A stretch of 62,551 nt of DNA, the filler included, from Choristocarpus tenellus KU-1152 (taxonomy: Eukaryota > Protista > Phaeophyceae), in NCBI GenBank assembly GCA_964200185.2. It is 8 parts of 8 records of this genome, joined end to end, with 100 filler letters (N's around TTAATTAATTAA, not from the genome) between each part and the next. Parts side by side here need not be neighbours in the genome. Positions count along the whole stretch, not along the records: positions 41,609 to 47,260 come from CAXNAD020010130.1; positions 47,361 to 59,169 come from CAXNAD020002128.1; 6 more parts are not named here. One strand, written 5' to 3'. Positions 44,750-58,674 of the stretch are shown here, one piece after another (within the stretch, counting starts at the first letter, position 1; each line of letters starts with the position of its first letter). The notes under the pieces were generated by a model that made no database searches, was not told the DNA's origin, and saw only the letters and a program-made list of their open reading frames with translations. The position numbers and the translations under genes were made by a program.

Positions 44750-46699
44750 TTATGTTTGATGTTCCACAAGAAGGTTGTACTACTCAATGCACATCAAGAT
44801 GTTTGTGTCAGTATAAACATATAATATCAACCAGAACACCTGTTACTGCGACTGGGCATCCAACATTGTTCTTGGGAGCACCCACGCTACTATTGCCGTC
44901 ACGCTTTTAAAACCATTTAACACGCATTTTTGAAAACCCAACCCTACCTGATCCTAACCCTAACCCTAACCTACGCGTGAAAAATATCCCTACCCAGTCA
45001 AGGAAACATTCTAGAAGAAGTGAAGGAATATTGTGTGCACTAAGAAAACACAACCTTTCAAAAATCCACCACTTTTCTCTTCTTCATTCTCTTTTTCACG
45101 AATCTTAATCCAAACCTAACCCTAACCCTAACTCTAAATTGTGCGAGAAAAATAAAAACCTAAGTTGAAAAACTATGGCAGTGCAAGTTCCGTAGAAACA
45201 GTGGGAGTTTCTCGAGGACAGGGGGTCTCCTCTGCACATTACACTATGATGCACAAAATAAAGGTCTGAGATATGGGGGAAGGGTTTCACGTAAGTGTAC
45301 TTTGATCAATACTCTATGACAGTATTTGTCCTTCCTTGACCTTCACCTCACCTCCTTGACTCCTTTATATAGCCTCAAATCCCTTATCAATCGAGTTGTA
45401 TGAGATTTTTTAATGCCATCAATTGACTTCATCCTAAGACAGAACGACCGTAGTCAACCGAAAGATAAACATATGGAACAATAAGTTTTGACTCAAACGA
45501 TACTCCTTATCATGCCTACAGGATAATCCACCTCAAACTTGATCGACCAAGGAAGTATGTTATTCTTAGTGAAGCACGGTCTGTAGTGATAAATTGTCAA
45601 TATTACCAATTTCTGTCTTTTGTGGAACTTTTTATTCTGTCGGTCATATTCATTTGTTCCTTGTATATTTCATTCTCTAGTATGAACTGTTACAGGTTAT
45701 TGTAGGGATTAATTATCAGAACCAGTGTGTCCACACCTTCCGATTCTCTTTTGGTGATCGCTGAATGGAGGGGGAGTGATCGTCGAAGTATTTTAGGATT
45801 GTCAAGCATATTATTCTCAAATTAGTACAACAGTGAGGACTGTATTCGAATCAGAACCATGTTTTCTGCCCTAACCTCACACATCAATCTTATGTGAGCA
45901 ACAAATATATATATATATTGATCATATTCTGATACGGTTATTTTGTCACCTTCTTACTATTAGTACTATTTTGTTGTACTACCAATAAATGATCATTCAA
46001 GTAAAGTAGAGAAGACATCAGATATCTCGTTTGTATACATCGTGCCTTCTTGGGTCAATTCTCACGTCTTACCCTCTTCAATCAGATAGGTGAGTGTGAT
46101 ACTTCCTTGTTGAGAGCAATATGCATAGAGTTAGAGGTGAAAAATATTGAAGTTAAAGGGCCGGAATTGGGGTCAACTGCGGATTGTGAGTTGGTTCTAC
46201 AGTGTCCAGAAAACTTGTAAGTTTATATGGTAACTATTTGATTGTTCGGTTCATAGAGGTTAAAGAGGTCGAATGTATAGTGAAGGGAACTGCTGTTTGA
46301 AATGTTGGTTCCATGCTTTGATCAGATGTTATTGTTTTGTCGATCGAATTAGCAGGTGGTTGTGGTACCCACCCATCCTTTCATTTGTTGTCGATGCGAG
46401 GTCAATGATGAAGTTCACGATATTCCGAAGATGTAGAATGGAAGGGTTGGTTGCGATGCCAGTGTAAGTGACATATGAGACGCCAGAAGTTCGATATGAG
46501 ATACGCCATCATTGGTTCACCAGGGAAGACTTCGGCGTTTGTCCAGTTGTTGCCTAGGAAAGGAAGGAAAGGAGAGGGTGGGAGAGTGAAGCGAACACAC
46601 TATCTTAGAAATGAATTTGAAAGGTTGTTTAGTGGTTTTGAATTAGATATTTATGGTGAGATACAGATGGGGTGAGTAGTTAACGTATCTCTGTGTGGG

Positions 46700-47100
46700 A
46701 GTTGATAGGTTTACAGTAGTGCCGAATATTTTATTGAGTAGGTTAAAAGCGATTCTGATTGGGTGAACGTGCTGTGTGTGTAGGTGTTGTTGGCGCGAGG
46801 TCATTACTATCCTTTCACAGTTGTATAGTGCAGGTTTTGATAGCAATGAGTGATCAGTGGCACTCCAGAAGTCCGACACAGGACACGCAATCACTGGTCC
46901 ACGGTATGTGAAGGCACGGGAGATGTCTGTGCTTTGATAGTGGTTGTCAAGGAAAGAGGAAGATGTAAACTTGAAGCAAATGTACTCTCCTAAACACCTA
47001 ATCCATATATCAACACCAATTGATAATGGTTCAGAATGTAGGATTCCCTGAACGTGGGTACAAGGGTAAATGTATAGCGATACCCTATTGGCACAGCACA
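46700..47100 (-). mobile_element. Possible Penelope-like RT C-terminal remnant
   Basis: HVQGILHSE ... FLDNHYQSTDISRAF resembles the LxxRGYPxxxIxxAF motif. Heavily degenerate. Confidence 0.25.
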
Positions 47101-47496
47101 GCCAATCCCGTGTGTCATCACAGTGAAGGATGCCAAGATCTCAACCCTTGAGACTCGCTCTTATACAAGCATGCTAATCATCGATCAATCAATGACCCAA
47201 AGTATCTGGGGGGGGGGGGGGGCTACACCAGAGTGTCCATTTGGCCCAAAACCGGGAAAANNNNNNNNNNNNNNNNNNNNNNNNNNNNNNNNNNNNNNNN
47301 NNNNTTAATTAATTAANNNNNNNNNNNNNNNNNNNNNNNNNNNNNNNNNNNNNNNNNNNNGTTCCCCACGCGCGTATACTGCTCGCGCCGGTTAAAACGT
47401 GGGAAGAAATACTTGCGCTATTCGCCTGTAACAGTACAGCCTTTGTACGGTATAATGAGTGCGGTTTACATATGATACGGTACGGTTTTAGTTACT

Positions 47497-50335
47497 TTTT
47501 TATATTATTGTTATGCCCTCTGACATTTTGCACATGTGTTAGGGGAAAAAACGATGAAAAGTCAATTCAATATCAGAACCCTCGAAAAAGTAACACTTGT
47601 CGTAAATGTGAAAGAGGTTATTCTTTCATCTATTTTCTATTTCACTACCAGCTATGCTACACCACTCCCCTCCTATGCCTCCAACCTAGCTTAGCCCTAC
47701 AACACCACAGGGCGAGGAGCTAGGGAAGCATCCCAAGTATCTGACAGGTCCCTCCTTGCTCATCTCTATGGTGTCTTCAACTTCAAGTATATGACACGTC
47801 TTGATAGAGCCACTTGTGTTGTGACGGATACTATCTGTCGTAAACGGGATGTGACAGCCCTTTTCCTACTGTAGCCACCCGTCCCTCTCCCCCCTACCCC
47901 GTGCATAGACAAGTCATCCAGAAACCTTTCTGCTTGCTTACCGAGGCGCCCAAAAGTTTCCAGCGCGAAGGTGTTGAGGTTAAAACTACAGCATGACCGT
48001 GCAAGAAACCATAGACACTGTATGCCAAATTGCTTTACATTATTTTTATTATCATGTCCTCTGACATTTTACAGATGTGCCAGCGGGAAAAGCAATGAAA
48101 AGACATTCAAATGTCACAACAACCCCTCAAAAAGTAACAGTTGTGGTAAATGTGCATTTTTCTATAATATTTTTACTATTTTACTACCAACTATTCTACA
48201 CCACTACTCTCCTATGCCTCCAACTTAGGTTAGTCCTGCACCCAGGGTGAGGAGGTAGGGAAGCATCCCAAGAATCTTACAAGGCCCTCCTTGCCCATCT
48301 CCATGGTGTCTCCAGCTCAAAATGCATGACACGTCTTGATAGAGCTACTTGTGTTATGACAGACACTATTTGTTTACAGGATTTGACAGCTGCTTTGCTG
48401 TTGTAGGCTCCTGTCCCTCTCCCCTCTAGCGCGTGCGTAGCCAACTCATATATTATCACTCCCTTAGACGTTTAGTAGATTTTGATGTTCATGAAGTTCC
48501 ACTGTATAGTATGGTTCGATTACCGTTGAAATCTTGGACGGGACAGATGGTTGTTCTAGCATTACCACAATATGGTTCGGTAGCGATTCCCGTAGTTAAA
48601 ATCCTATGGTAAGGTGGAACACCATCCAATACCAACGTCATTGCAGCAGCAGTAGTTTTTCCTATTATAATGTAGTCTTCATGCTGAGGCACTTCCAGAG
48701 GGGCCTATCGAATTATTGGGATGCTTCCCTAGCTCCCCACCCACTCGTGTAGGGCTGAGCGAGGTTGGAGGCATGGCAGTAATGTATACCTAGCATTGTA
48801 ATATAGCCAACCTTCAAGAGAGTGTAGTATAGCTGATATTCAAATAGTACATAGATTTTAGCGATGTCTTCAACACTTACAACAACTTTTACTTTACAGG
48901 GGTCCACATGAGATTGGTTTGACTTTTCCCCTGACACATCTGCAAAATGTCAGAGAGCATATTAATACATATCTACAACGTTCCCTCAAACGTTGGTAAC
49001 TAAAGTGCTGTATGTAATTGGTGCTATGCCTCCAACATAGCTCAGCCCTACACAAGTGAGTGGGGAGCTAGTGAAACATCACAAGAATCTGACAGGCCCT
49101 TCCTTGCCCATCTGCCTGGTGTCTCCACCTTGAAACGCATGGCAGCTCTCAACAGAGCCACTTGTGTTGTGACAGATACTATCTGTCATGATGAGCGAGA
49201 TTTGACAGCCCTTTTCTTGCTATTACCTCTTGCCCCTCTCCCGCCCACTGCATGTGTTGCCAACTCATCCAGAATTTTTTTTGCTTGCTTACCGAGCCGC
49301 CCAAAACTTCCCCCCTTGAAGGTGTCGAGGTTAAAACTACAAGACTCAAAAGAAACCTCGTAGTGGGTGCGCTTTTGCGGCTCAGCTCCTACTACAGCAG
49401 CTACACCATTGCTGGTGGATGAGTGTGGCAGATGGGATGCTACTTGCACTTCTGTAAACGTAACATTTACATTTAGGAGGAGGCCTTTGTCCTGGCAGGG
49501 AGCGTCCACAAGTGTCCCAGCATGGAAGACCGCATCCAAGTGGAAATTCTGGTCCACTGTCAATGGGCTACCATCCTCCATAGTGCATGGGATGCCCATT
49601 CCCTCACAGACTTGAACTAGATGTTTATCATCGGCGTATGCAGGTGTACCTGTCCCCCTGCCCTAGGACAGGTATGAGCATGTTGGGTATCGACATTATG
49701 CCTCTCTCACCTGTGCACCGGGCACCTGTTGGTTGGGCCTCCTCCCTCCCCAGAGATATACTGGCAGTGAGTCTAACCTCTATGGGAGGGATCTGACTTG
49801 CTGGTTCCAGGGGTTGTGTGGAGGCCCATGCTTTGCTCCTTGTTCATTCTGACTTCAGTGACAGACCAGGGCTAGCGAAGAACTTTCCCTCCCTTGTTCT
49901 GTGTCGTCTGGGAGATTGGCCAATTGCATCCGGAAAGAGCCGAACTGGATCCTGTTGAGGAGGTGTGACATTGTACCCTCCTTGTGATCCTGGCATCATG
50001 GGCTGCTGACCCAAAGTATCTGGGGGGGGAGGGAGGTCTACACCAGGGTGTCCATTTGGACCATATCCAGCAAAAGTGCACATACATTATCCATCCGACG
50101 TATGCAACCAAATCACCCCAAAATGGACAGCCGCCACCCCCCACCCCCCAGATACTTTGAGCCTGGTAGAGTTTGGACCTCTGGGGCAGGTGCAGGGGTT
50201 GTTCCTCCCCACGGTACACACCCACGACCAACAATTCCCGCCAAGTCTACCGAAGGGACTCCTGCTGAGAGGAGGGTGTGGATGGATTATCCCAGGTCCC
50301 AAATTGTGGAACTTTACAGATCGGCTTGTGTGAAA
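47497..50335 (-). mobile_element. Nest of CRE-like retrotransposon copies: ~47497-48000 (-), ~48040-48448 (-), ~48715-48965 (+), ~49022-50335 (-)
   Basis: ORF 49186-49599 has RLE features (LTVD..NVTF..AAVVGAEPQKRTHY..SFGRLGKQAKKILDELATH). Nucleotide similarity to 29150-30186 and a shared 3' UTR. Confidence 0.8.
50008..50163. mobile_element. Sola-like MITE family B with poly-G/poly-C TIRs (also 57111-57288; partial at 9504, 47194, 59270-59309, 62463)
   Basis: TIR caaagtatctgggggg / ccccccagatactttg. It interrupts the CRE copy; flanks tgct/tggt. Confidence 0.75.
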
Positions 50336-50645
50336 AATTAAAATATAGCATATGATCCTCGCCATTTTGAAAAACTGTCGACTTCAAACCAAACGTCTGT
50401 GGGGGGTTAAATAACACTCAAGTGAACATTAAAAAAGTCTCGTCAGTGAAGAAGGCCACCGATTTTGCGTTGGGACGAAGTTGCGTTAAGAGGGTACACG
50501 GACCTTCTATAATCTCCAATAATCGAATTGGCGAGGAGAAAAGGATACACCACAACTCTAAGCCCCAACTGTAGTGGGGCCTCTTGATTGCACAAATATT
50601 ACCCTAGAGAAGGGAGGCGGTCTATGCTGGGAAATAGTTTAGCAG

Positions 50646-53600
50646 ATGTATCTCGCAGGAAAGCGCGCAGTAGATGGTGTTATCCCTGAACCGTCAAATG
50701 TACCTTCGGAAAGCCTACGGAATCCCTCATCTCGACGTTCCTACCGCAATATATATGATAGGAAGGTCAGGGGGGGGGAGGAGCTTTCCTCCCTGTCTGT
50801 CAAGCCATCCAGGTCGCACCAACTATGGGATTTTTTTGGGGATTTCTTCGAGTCAACCCCTCACCCATGGTCACAACTATTGTTGACAGTGGGTTGGTCA
50901 GTGGTGGTCGCTGTCCTGAATGATGGAGTCATCTTGGATGCGAAGATAGACCTTGACCAGAGTGCGGCCGGAGCTATCGCCACCATTTTGTCCTTCCTGA
51001 TCGTCTTCCGCACCAGCAAATCTATTCAGCGCTGGTACGAAGGTCGCACGCTGTGGGGCAAGCTGAGCTTCTCCTGCATCGACCTTACTCAGCAATCGTC
51101 GATCTGGATAGAGGATGACATTCTTGCCCAACGCATCATGCAGCAATCTGTAGGTTAGTTTCACTCCTGTTGGGTATGATGTCTCCTAAGCTCTAGTATC
51201 TTACTCTAGATTTTCCCTTTTGCTCCTTCTGTACATATCTCCCAAGAGGTTCCATTGCATTCCACGGAGGAATCAGTTTTATACCTACATGCTCGTCATG
51301 TGTCGCCCAGCTGGTAGTAGTAAGCAAGCTCTTTCTGTTGCTGTGTTTAGGTTTTTGGTTTATTACTTGTCGTTTGATGCAGGATTGTGGTGTTTCATAG
51401 TCCCTCGAACTGTACCATCACTAATATTATTTCTACATGCTCGTCATGTGTCGCCCAGCTGGTAGTAGTAAGCAAGCTCTTTCTGTTGCTGTGTTTAGGT
51501 TTTTGGTTTATTACTTGTCGTTTGATGCAGGATTGTGGTGTTTCATAGTCCCTCGAACTGTACCATCACTAATATTATTTCATGTCTTTCCTGCTCCTGC
51601 CACTGTTCCATTAGACCATTTGATTTCTCCAATTATTTTTTTCCCTGAACCCCTCACCCTCGATGAAACTGATGCAGCATTTGCCTACGCTGTGAAGCAA
51701 CACCTTCGGAATGAAATTTTGCACAAGAACCACCTTGAAGGCTTGGTACATCCATCTGAGGTAGGACTATGTTACATGCAACTTTGACCCCTCAAAGGCA
51801 CATTTGGTGATCTACCTAACTAAACTACTTTCTTGACGTAGGTCCAACTTGATTGTGCCGTGTATTAGTATCTGAGCCCTACTTTTGATCTATACCCTCC
51901 CTGTGATGACATCAGGGCAAATCAGTCCAAAAGAGAGCATGGGGGCCAAAACAGCACCCACCATCACCTGAACCAGTGGGTTGTTTAGTACTCAGCATGA
52001 TCATTTACTCTTGCCAAAGGTGCTCTTCAGTCCTTGACTACGTTGCAAGTTGTGAAAACATTTCTGCACGCAGTCCTCCGTCTGCCCCCTCAAATATCAC
52101 TCATCCTGCCCTCAACCCCCTCCCCACATTTCCCCTGCCCCCTTTGCACCTGTCATAATATTTTGCTGGCCAGGTCAACCGCATCAATGCCCAAACCACA
52201 GATGCACCATTATATTGTGCAGATGTCATCAGGAAGTGTATTATGGAGGGTTTGACCAAGCACCCACAACCATCTGGCCAACAGGCTATTGCTAGAGGTA
52301 TTGACAGCAACATATCATCTATGACATGCTGCTTTGCTGACTTGACACGAATCAAGAGTTGCCCCCAACCGGCCGCTTACCGCACCTTCTTGCACTTCTT
52401 CATTATGTTCTACCTCCTTCTCCTTCCAGTAGAGTCCCACAGTCTAATTGGGTACTGGATCATCCCAGAAGGTGAGTGGGGCACAGGGGGTAAGAGGCAG
52501 GCAGAGTGAGGCGAGACAAACATTGCTATTGTTCCGCGGTAACAGTACACGTGCTCTTTTTCACCTTACATCCAGCTGGTGTCACAAGAGGTATACCCTT
52601 GAACTGTATGCAGGATATGCTGGATGTGACCGTAGAGTTGAACTGACCGTATTTTGTTCCGTTTATGACCTAGTTTTTTGTATTGACGGGGAGGCGCAAT
52701 CGAAAGGTTGGCAGGGGATGAAGGAAAGTTTGCATCCTACGGAGGACAATGCGTCCCTCGACACGAGTTCTACAAATAGGATACAGAATGTTTAGACACT
52801 TTCGGTCTTGGTCATCCGCTACCAGGACAACTCTAGGCTTGATTTACCCTGTAATGTCCATTAAATGCTTGAGCCCACTTGCTCTGTGTCTTACGCTATC
52901 TAGCGCTGGTTAGGCTTTGCGCCTTGCCTTCGGGACCCCTTGCTCTGTATACAGTCCATTGTCCAGGAAACTCGTAAGCCAGTTAACCTTGCAATTAACC
53001 ATTTATCAATTATTTTTTACTTCGCGCATTCGTTTGATCTTCTTAGGGTTAGGGTTAGAGGGTGCGGGTTAGAGGAAACATTGAGATAAATGAACTGATG
53101 AGATGCGCAAAAATGGAAAGAGGAAAATGTGCCGTAAGAAAAACTGTCTACCCTGTCTAATGTATCATTCGCTGATACCGCCTGCTGTCAAGCAAACCCT
53201 TGGTGCCCTTTGCCTCGGGTCGATATTTTTTTCGTCCAGGACAACGCTCGGGACCGCTTGCTCTGTAATGTCCATTGTTTGGTACTGTGAAGGATTGGGC
53301 TCATTTAGGCCTGGACCGTCGGTAGTTGTTAGGGTTAGGGTTAGGGTTAGGGTTAGGGTTAGGAGGGTGTTTTGTATTGTTGGGTATGATGCAGAAGGGT
53401 ATGTAGTGAGTTGTGTTATGTGATGAGTGCTTGCACTGTCAAGAGTGTGGGAACCTTAAACTCGGAGTGTGAAGCTTTCGCATGGGATTGGGGGCATTGG
53501 CATTCCATAGAGTATTTTTTGAGCTTCATCTCTTTCAGAACCGTTCAGAGTTGGAGGGTACCCCTAGTCCTCTACCTGTGAGTATGAATGCGACTGCAAG

Positions 53601-55334
53601 CCCCTTGCGGTCCTTGGATGCAGACCAGGCATAGCGCGATGATGGTCACAATGCCTCCTTCGTGGCTGCCGGCTCTTTTTGCCAACGACGTGTAGGTTGT
53701 GCTATTTCTCTGGCCTCTTCTTAACATCGAGAACGTGTTGTTGCAAGGATTGCCCTGAGCCAATGGCGAGGAGATGGATGCGAATAATCCGTTCCGATTT
53801 TACGATTTTAAAATGACTGCAACGTGGTGTTCGGTTTGTCACGACATCAGCGGAAACCTTGAGGGGAAATGTACAATAGAAAGCGAAGGTCAATGCTTTT
53901 GAAAGAAATCGAATGAAACAAAAAGGTGTACGGTTGTTGTTACACAGTGAGAATTTGTAGCGAATGGTTGTACGGTTGTTGTTCTTGATGATGTGCCATT
54001 GGGGGAGCACGGCTCGTGTCGTATCCCATCACAAACGGAGGATAAGGGGCAACACGTCAGGAAGGGGAGACATTTGGACTACGGAATTAGATTTGCGGTG
54101 GAAAAATTATTCTGGCCCGTTGATGTAAAGGCTTTCTACCAAAGCGTGTCCCATGAATCAAATACCATTTGGTCTTGGTATGTCAACCTCAAAACCTCGT
54201 GCAAATTGAGTGCTGTTCCAAAAACAAGGAAACATCCCTACCCTTAAAAAAGTACATTCCACATGATTCAGAGATTGATGTGTGTGCCCGCTGAATCTCT
54301 CTGGTAAGAATAGGTCTAGTTCGCTCTGGGAAGAAGGATGGTGTTGCTGGTATGCACAGTACTAATGGTACTGCTGCTGTCCTTTTGTTACTACTACCTA
54401 TGACTGGTACAGTAGTGTACTTGTTCTAGAGTGTGGTATGATGATGCGATGGACAAGTGAAGTAGACCTTGATTGAAAGAAGAGCATGGGTGAAACTGGG
54501 AACAAGCCTTGAGTGTGCCTAAGGCTTGTCTCCTCCCCCCCCGTCCTCACTCTCCACTGCTTGGTCTGAAGTGCTTTTCACATCCTACCTGATGCTGGGT
54601 CTGCAGCTGACTGCCTCAGAGCTGGAGGATCCCTTCGGGTATGATCATCACGATATCGATGTGGAAGAGGTAAGTTGTCTGTAAATATGTATGGGTGTAC
54701 ATAGGTAATCAGTGCTTTGTGCAGTGCCAGCAAAGTTTTGTCTAATGTGTGATGACTTTTTTGATGTCTGCCATTGCCATTTTTGCTTCCTTTCTTGTTT
54801 TTGCTTTTGTATTGTACCCCTCTGAATTTGTACACAACTCAAGGCAGAGAGAGGACGTCCATAGTTGAGGGGAGGGAGCCTCCTCAGTGATTAGCTGATT
54901 GTGAGCCCCTGCAGTAGTAGATAGGTCAAAGTTGACGTCCTTGAGTTATTGCTATGATGATACCTATTAAGTGTGACTACCCCTATGTGTTTTCCACCCA
55001 GAACTTGTGTGCACCTTTATATTTGATGACCGATCTCCGTAAACATGATATTTCAGTAGGTATAACAATATTTGCATTGTGTAGATGTTCTACGAAGCAG
55101 TGCTGCATTGGTTTTCACAAACGCCATACATACATATCACTTGATAAAAATAGTTTAGATCTTTGACAAGGTGATTTTTTTCAATTTCAACTCTTGTGTT
55201 GTCCTTTGTCTCCCCCCTCCTACCAGCTCTGGCAAACAATCAGGAAGCAGTGCCTGGAAAGCTTCAAATTTGGTCGGAAGAATCGCAATAACCTGACCTC
55301 TTTTGGCGAGGACATGGAAGCTAGTCAATCATAG
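50646..55334 (+). CDS. Bestrophin-like (UPF0187/YneE-type) anion channel, complete; exons 50646-51153, 51678-51760, 52174-52471, 54572-54669, 55227-55334
   Basis: Phase-consistent GT-AG introns. Motifs SFLIVFRTSKSIQRWYEGRTLWG, AFAYAVKQHLR, RIKSCPQPAAY..FYLLLLP and ELEDPFGYDHHDID are present. Stop TAG at 55334. Confidence 0.93.
51285..51581. repeat. 148-bp tandem duplication in bestrophin intron 1
   Basis: ctacatgctcgtcatg...aatattattt repeated at 51285 and 51433. Confidence 0.92.
53328..53363 (+). repeat. Interstitial (TTAGGG)n tract (others ~18529-18550, 44953-44972, 45114-45132, 53043-53058)
   Basis: Direct reading of ttagggttaggg arrays. Confidence 0.9.
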
Positions 55335-58300
55335 GTCTCCCCTCATTCTCTGCATCATCTGTGATCCGCAGTGGGTGAAATCAGGAGTCAAATGTTTCAA
55401 AATGTGAGGGTGCTTGTTTGATTTCGATCTTTAGGTTGAATGAGGTTTTATTACAAACTTTAGTGTCTTACTAAGTTTTATCTCAACACGGCCATATTTT
55501 AACAGTGCATCATGACTGCTATCAGCTGTTCTTCCTTTTTTCATGAAGAGTATTGCAGCTGCAACTCTTTTGAGATCAGTTATAGCTTCTACAAGTATAT
55601 ATCCCAGTACAATTTTATGTCGAGATAATGCCTCAAGAATGAGGATAGAGAGCACTGGACACTGTGTTCAGATTGTAGGCTGAAGGCTTGACCTGGGAAC
55701 ATTTTTTTCCCCCTCATACTTGGTATAACTTTTGTTATGGCATAGACATTTTTTTCCGGATATTAACACCTTTGAAATGGAGGTGTAGTGATCACTGTGG
55801 ACATGTCAGTGACCGTCGACCAAAGCTCACATATTCTCAGTTGCACATGAGGTCTGCACTCAGTGTAGTGAGTAGGGAGATTAAGAGTGCTACATTTCCT
55901 GCATGAGAAGTCTAGGCTTTTAACTGTAGTAGGCCTGAGTCAGTGTTGTTTCTTTTGAGTATTACATGTGTACAGGAATTCCTTTCATGATGTATGCTGG
56001 AGTTTTGTCTAGGTTGAAGATATGTTTCGTTTGTTTTCCTCTGTGTAAGGATTATTTTTGCATTTCTTACATTTTCTTTTCAGAAGGTAGTAGATGCGTC
56101 CAGCTATGTGCAGCAAAGCTTATTGGTCAGGGGGTTGCATGGAATCAAAGCTTGTGTTCAAGTGTTTATACACAGAGTGCATTTATTGCTGTTTCAAATC
56201 TAAGCAACTGCTGTAGACTTAGCAGTATTTTGTTTCTGTATGTTGTTTTTGGGGTTATGGAGAAGACTGCAATCAAAGGGGTCCATTTATCTGATTGCAG
56301 GAATCACCTCCCCCCCCCTCCCTTGAGATGGGGTGAATTGAATGTATGTTTATTTTTTTGTGTATTTTGCTTGCCTGTAGGATGTCCTTTGGAGTAGAGA
56401 GCTGTGAGTCAACTGGAGGAAGTGCACAAGAAATTTGTCCATGTTGACAAGATGCTGAGGACCCCTCTGATCTCTTGGCTTTTTGCAGGAGACTGAACCT
56501 GTTAAGAAGCTGTTGTTTCCCAAGACTTGTCTGTGTATATGTATTGATTATTTCCTAACGAGGCTGGGCCCAAAGCATTTAAGAGGGTAGGGCCGTGTCC
56601 GTTCGGGTCATAAATCCAATGTTGCAACTGCGATGAATTTTGGTTATTGTGTTTGTTAGCAAGTGTCAATATCCTTGCTCCCGATACACCTTTCATAGTC
56701 GTATACATTTTAGGTAACTGTGTTCACACAGTAAACCGAAAAAGGGTATAAAAAATCTGTGGGAAGCCTAGCCCCGAATGGACAAATAGGGCAAAATTCC
56801 TACCTCTTAAATGCTTTGGGTCCTGGAAAGATAACATATGAAGGTGAAGAAGGAGGAAGGAGAGAGCATCCTAAGCAGAAAGGGGGGGCTACCTGCCAGC
56901 AATCCTATCTCAGAACCCTTTCTTCTATACTACGTTTCGCACAAGATTTGAATGCACTTTCTTGACAAATCTACTCTGCTTTGAAATACCCAGTGAAAAT
57001 AGACTCTGCAATCATTCGGCAACTCAACCCTAAAGGGATATGTAACAAATACCAAGTAAGTCCCACTTCATACTATGCACGATAAAGCTAGTACAAATAT
57101 TTTGAGGATTGGCTCGAAGTATCTGGGGGGGGGTGGTGACTGTCCATTTGGGTCCATTTTTCCATTTCGTGATTGTGGGTGAGTTTGGTTGCATGAGTCG
57201 GATGGATAATGTAAGTGGACTTCTTCTGGTTAGGGCCCAAACGGACACCCTGGTGTACACCCTCCCCCCCCTCCAGATACTTTGAGCTATTCCTTCGACA
57301 GACCCTTTGTAAAATAGCCTCATGTAGCAACTTGGTAGGTAGGCATATGTGAGTGAAATTATCTTAGAGGGTACGAGTGTTTCCCTGTTTGTCCATTTGG
57401 GGCTTGGCTTCCCACGGGTTTTTAATGACATTTTACCTTCTCCAAAATGTTTTGGAGTGTGTAAAATGTGTATGTTATGAAAAGGTGTGCCCACAGCATG
57501 GATATTGACATCTCCTAACAAACATGATACCCAAAATTACATCAAAATTGCAACATTGGATTTTGGCCTCCAAATGGACGTGGCTCTACCCTCTAAGATA
57601 CTTTGACACTGAATGATGTATTGGAGGGCAAAATACCTCATCATCCTTCAGAAAAATGTTGCTTTCTTTGCATTATGCATCATTAATGTGAACTTGGGCA
57701 TTTTGTAGTCCATATGTGCGTGTTTTCTTGTAGTGGAAGAAGTCGCTTATTCTCTATCCAACAAATTTCTCACATGGTGGCAACTTCCTGCACTAATCCA
57801 GCAGGTTCAGACTCCTTCAACATCACACTTCTTTTCCCAGAAATCTGGTTTCAATGATCCTATTCCACATGGCAAGTACAACGGATCATACACTGTATTA
57901 TCATTCTATCTGTCACTATATCATAAAAACGCCTAAACCAAGATCAAGGTGGAAGCTTCGAGGCTGGTCTGAGACTAGATTCAAGGAAATATATAGAGGG
58001 ATGAGGGTGTGAATGCTGAACCCAACACGTGAGAAGCAAGGCAGGAACTGGGGCAGTACAATTAGTCGCAGTGCAACAACTGGGAGTTAATATGAGAATT
58101 AGTGCTGTGTGTAGTGCCTCTGACCACAGGTAGAGATCATCCCCGACTAATAATGTGATCCAATAACAAACAAGAAGTGAACCATAATAGGTAGTGTAGA
58201 AGTTAGGGTGAGAAGTAGGGCAGTGTGTAGTAGTGTTTCTGACAACGGGTCAGGATAGTCCTTGGACTATAGTAGGACAAAAAATAAATAAGCTATATCG

Positions 58301-58674
58301 TATATTGTCACACAAGTTTTTGCTCAGAATGCCACGTCCATTCCATGGACAACACAGACTTCGTGCTCATCACCTCATGCGCTAACAGTTTGAAATGTAT
58401 GTTCTGTGTATGTAAAGTTCTATAGTATAGTAAACATATCCATCTACATGGAGTGCATATAAACATTTGACAGAACCAAATGTGGAAAGGAGGGTTGTCT
58501 GTACTGTAGTCCTGTTGTCGTGTTGGACCTTCCACATTACAGTAGAGTGGAAACCCCTTCCTCCAACTAACGTTGACATCTACTTCTTTCTGCACCAGTG
58601 ATTTCTATTCAAGAGGTGTTCCGATCTTCTTCTTCTCCCTTATTCTTATGATATTTCTTACTCTATTGATATAG

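Noticed and set aside
51285-51581. Tandem duplication as a duplicated exon
   Set aside because: It is intronic, the bestrophin frame is complete without it, and it may be an assembly artefact.
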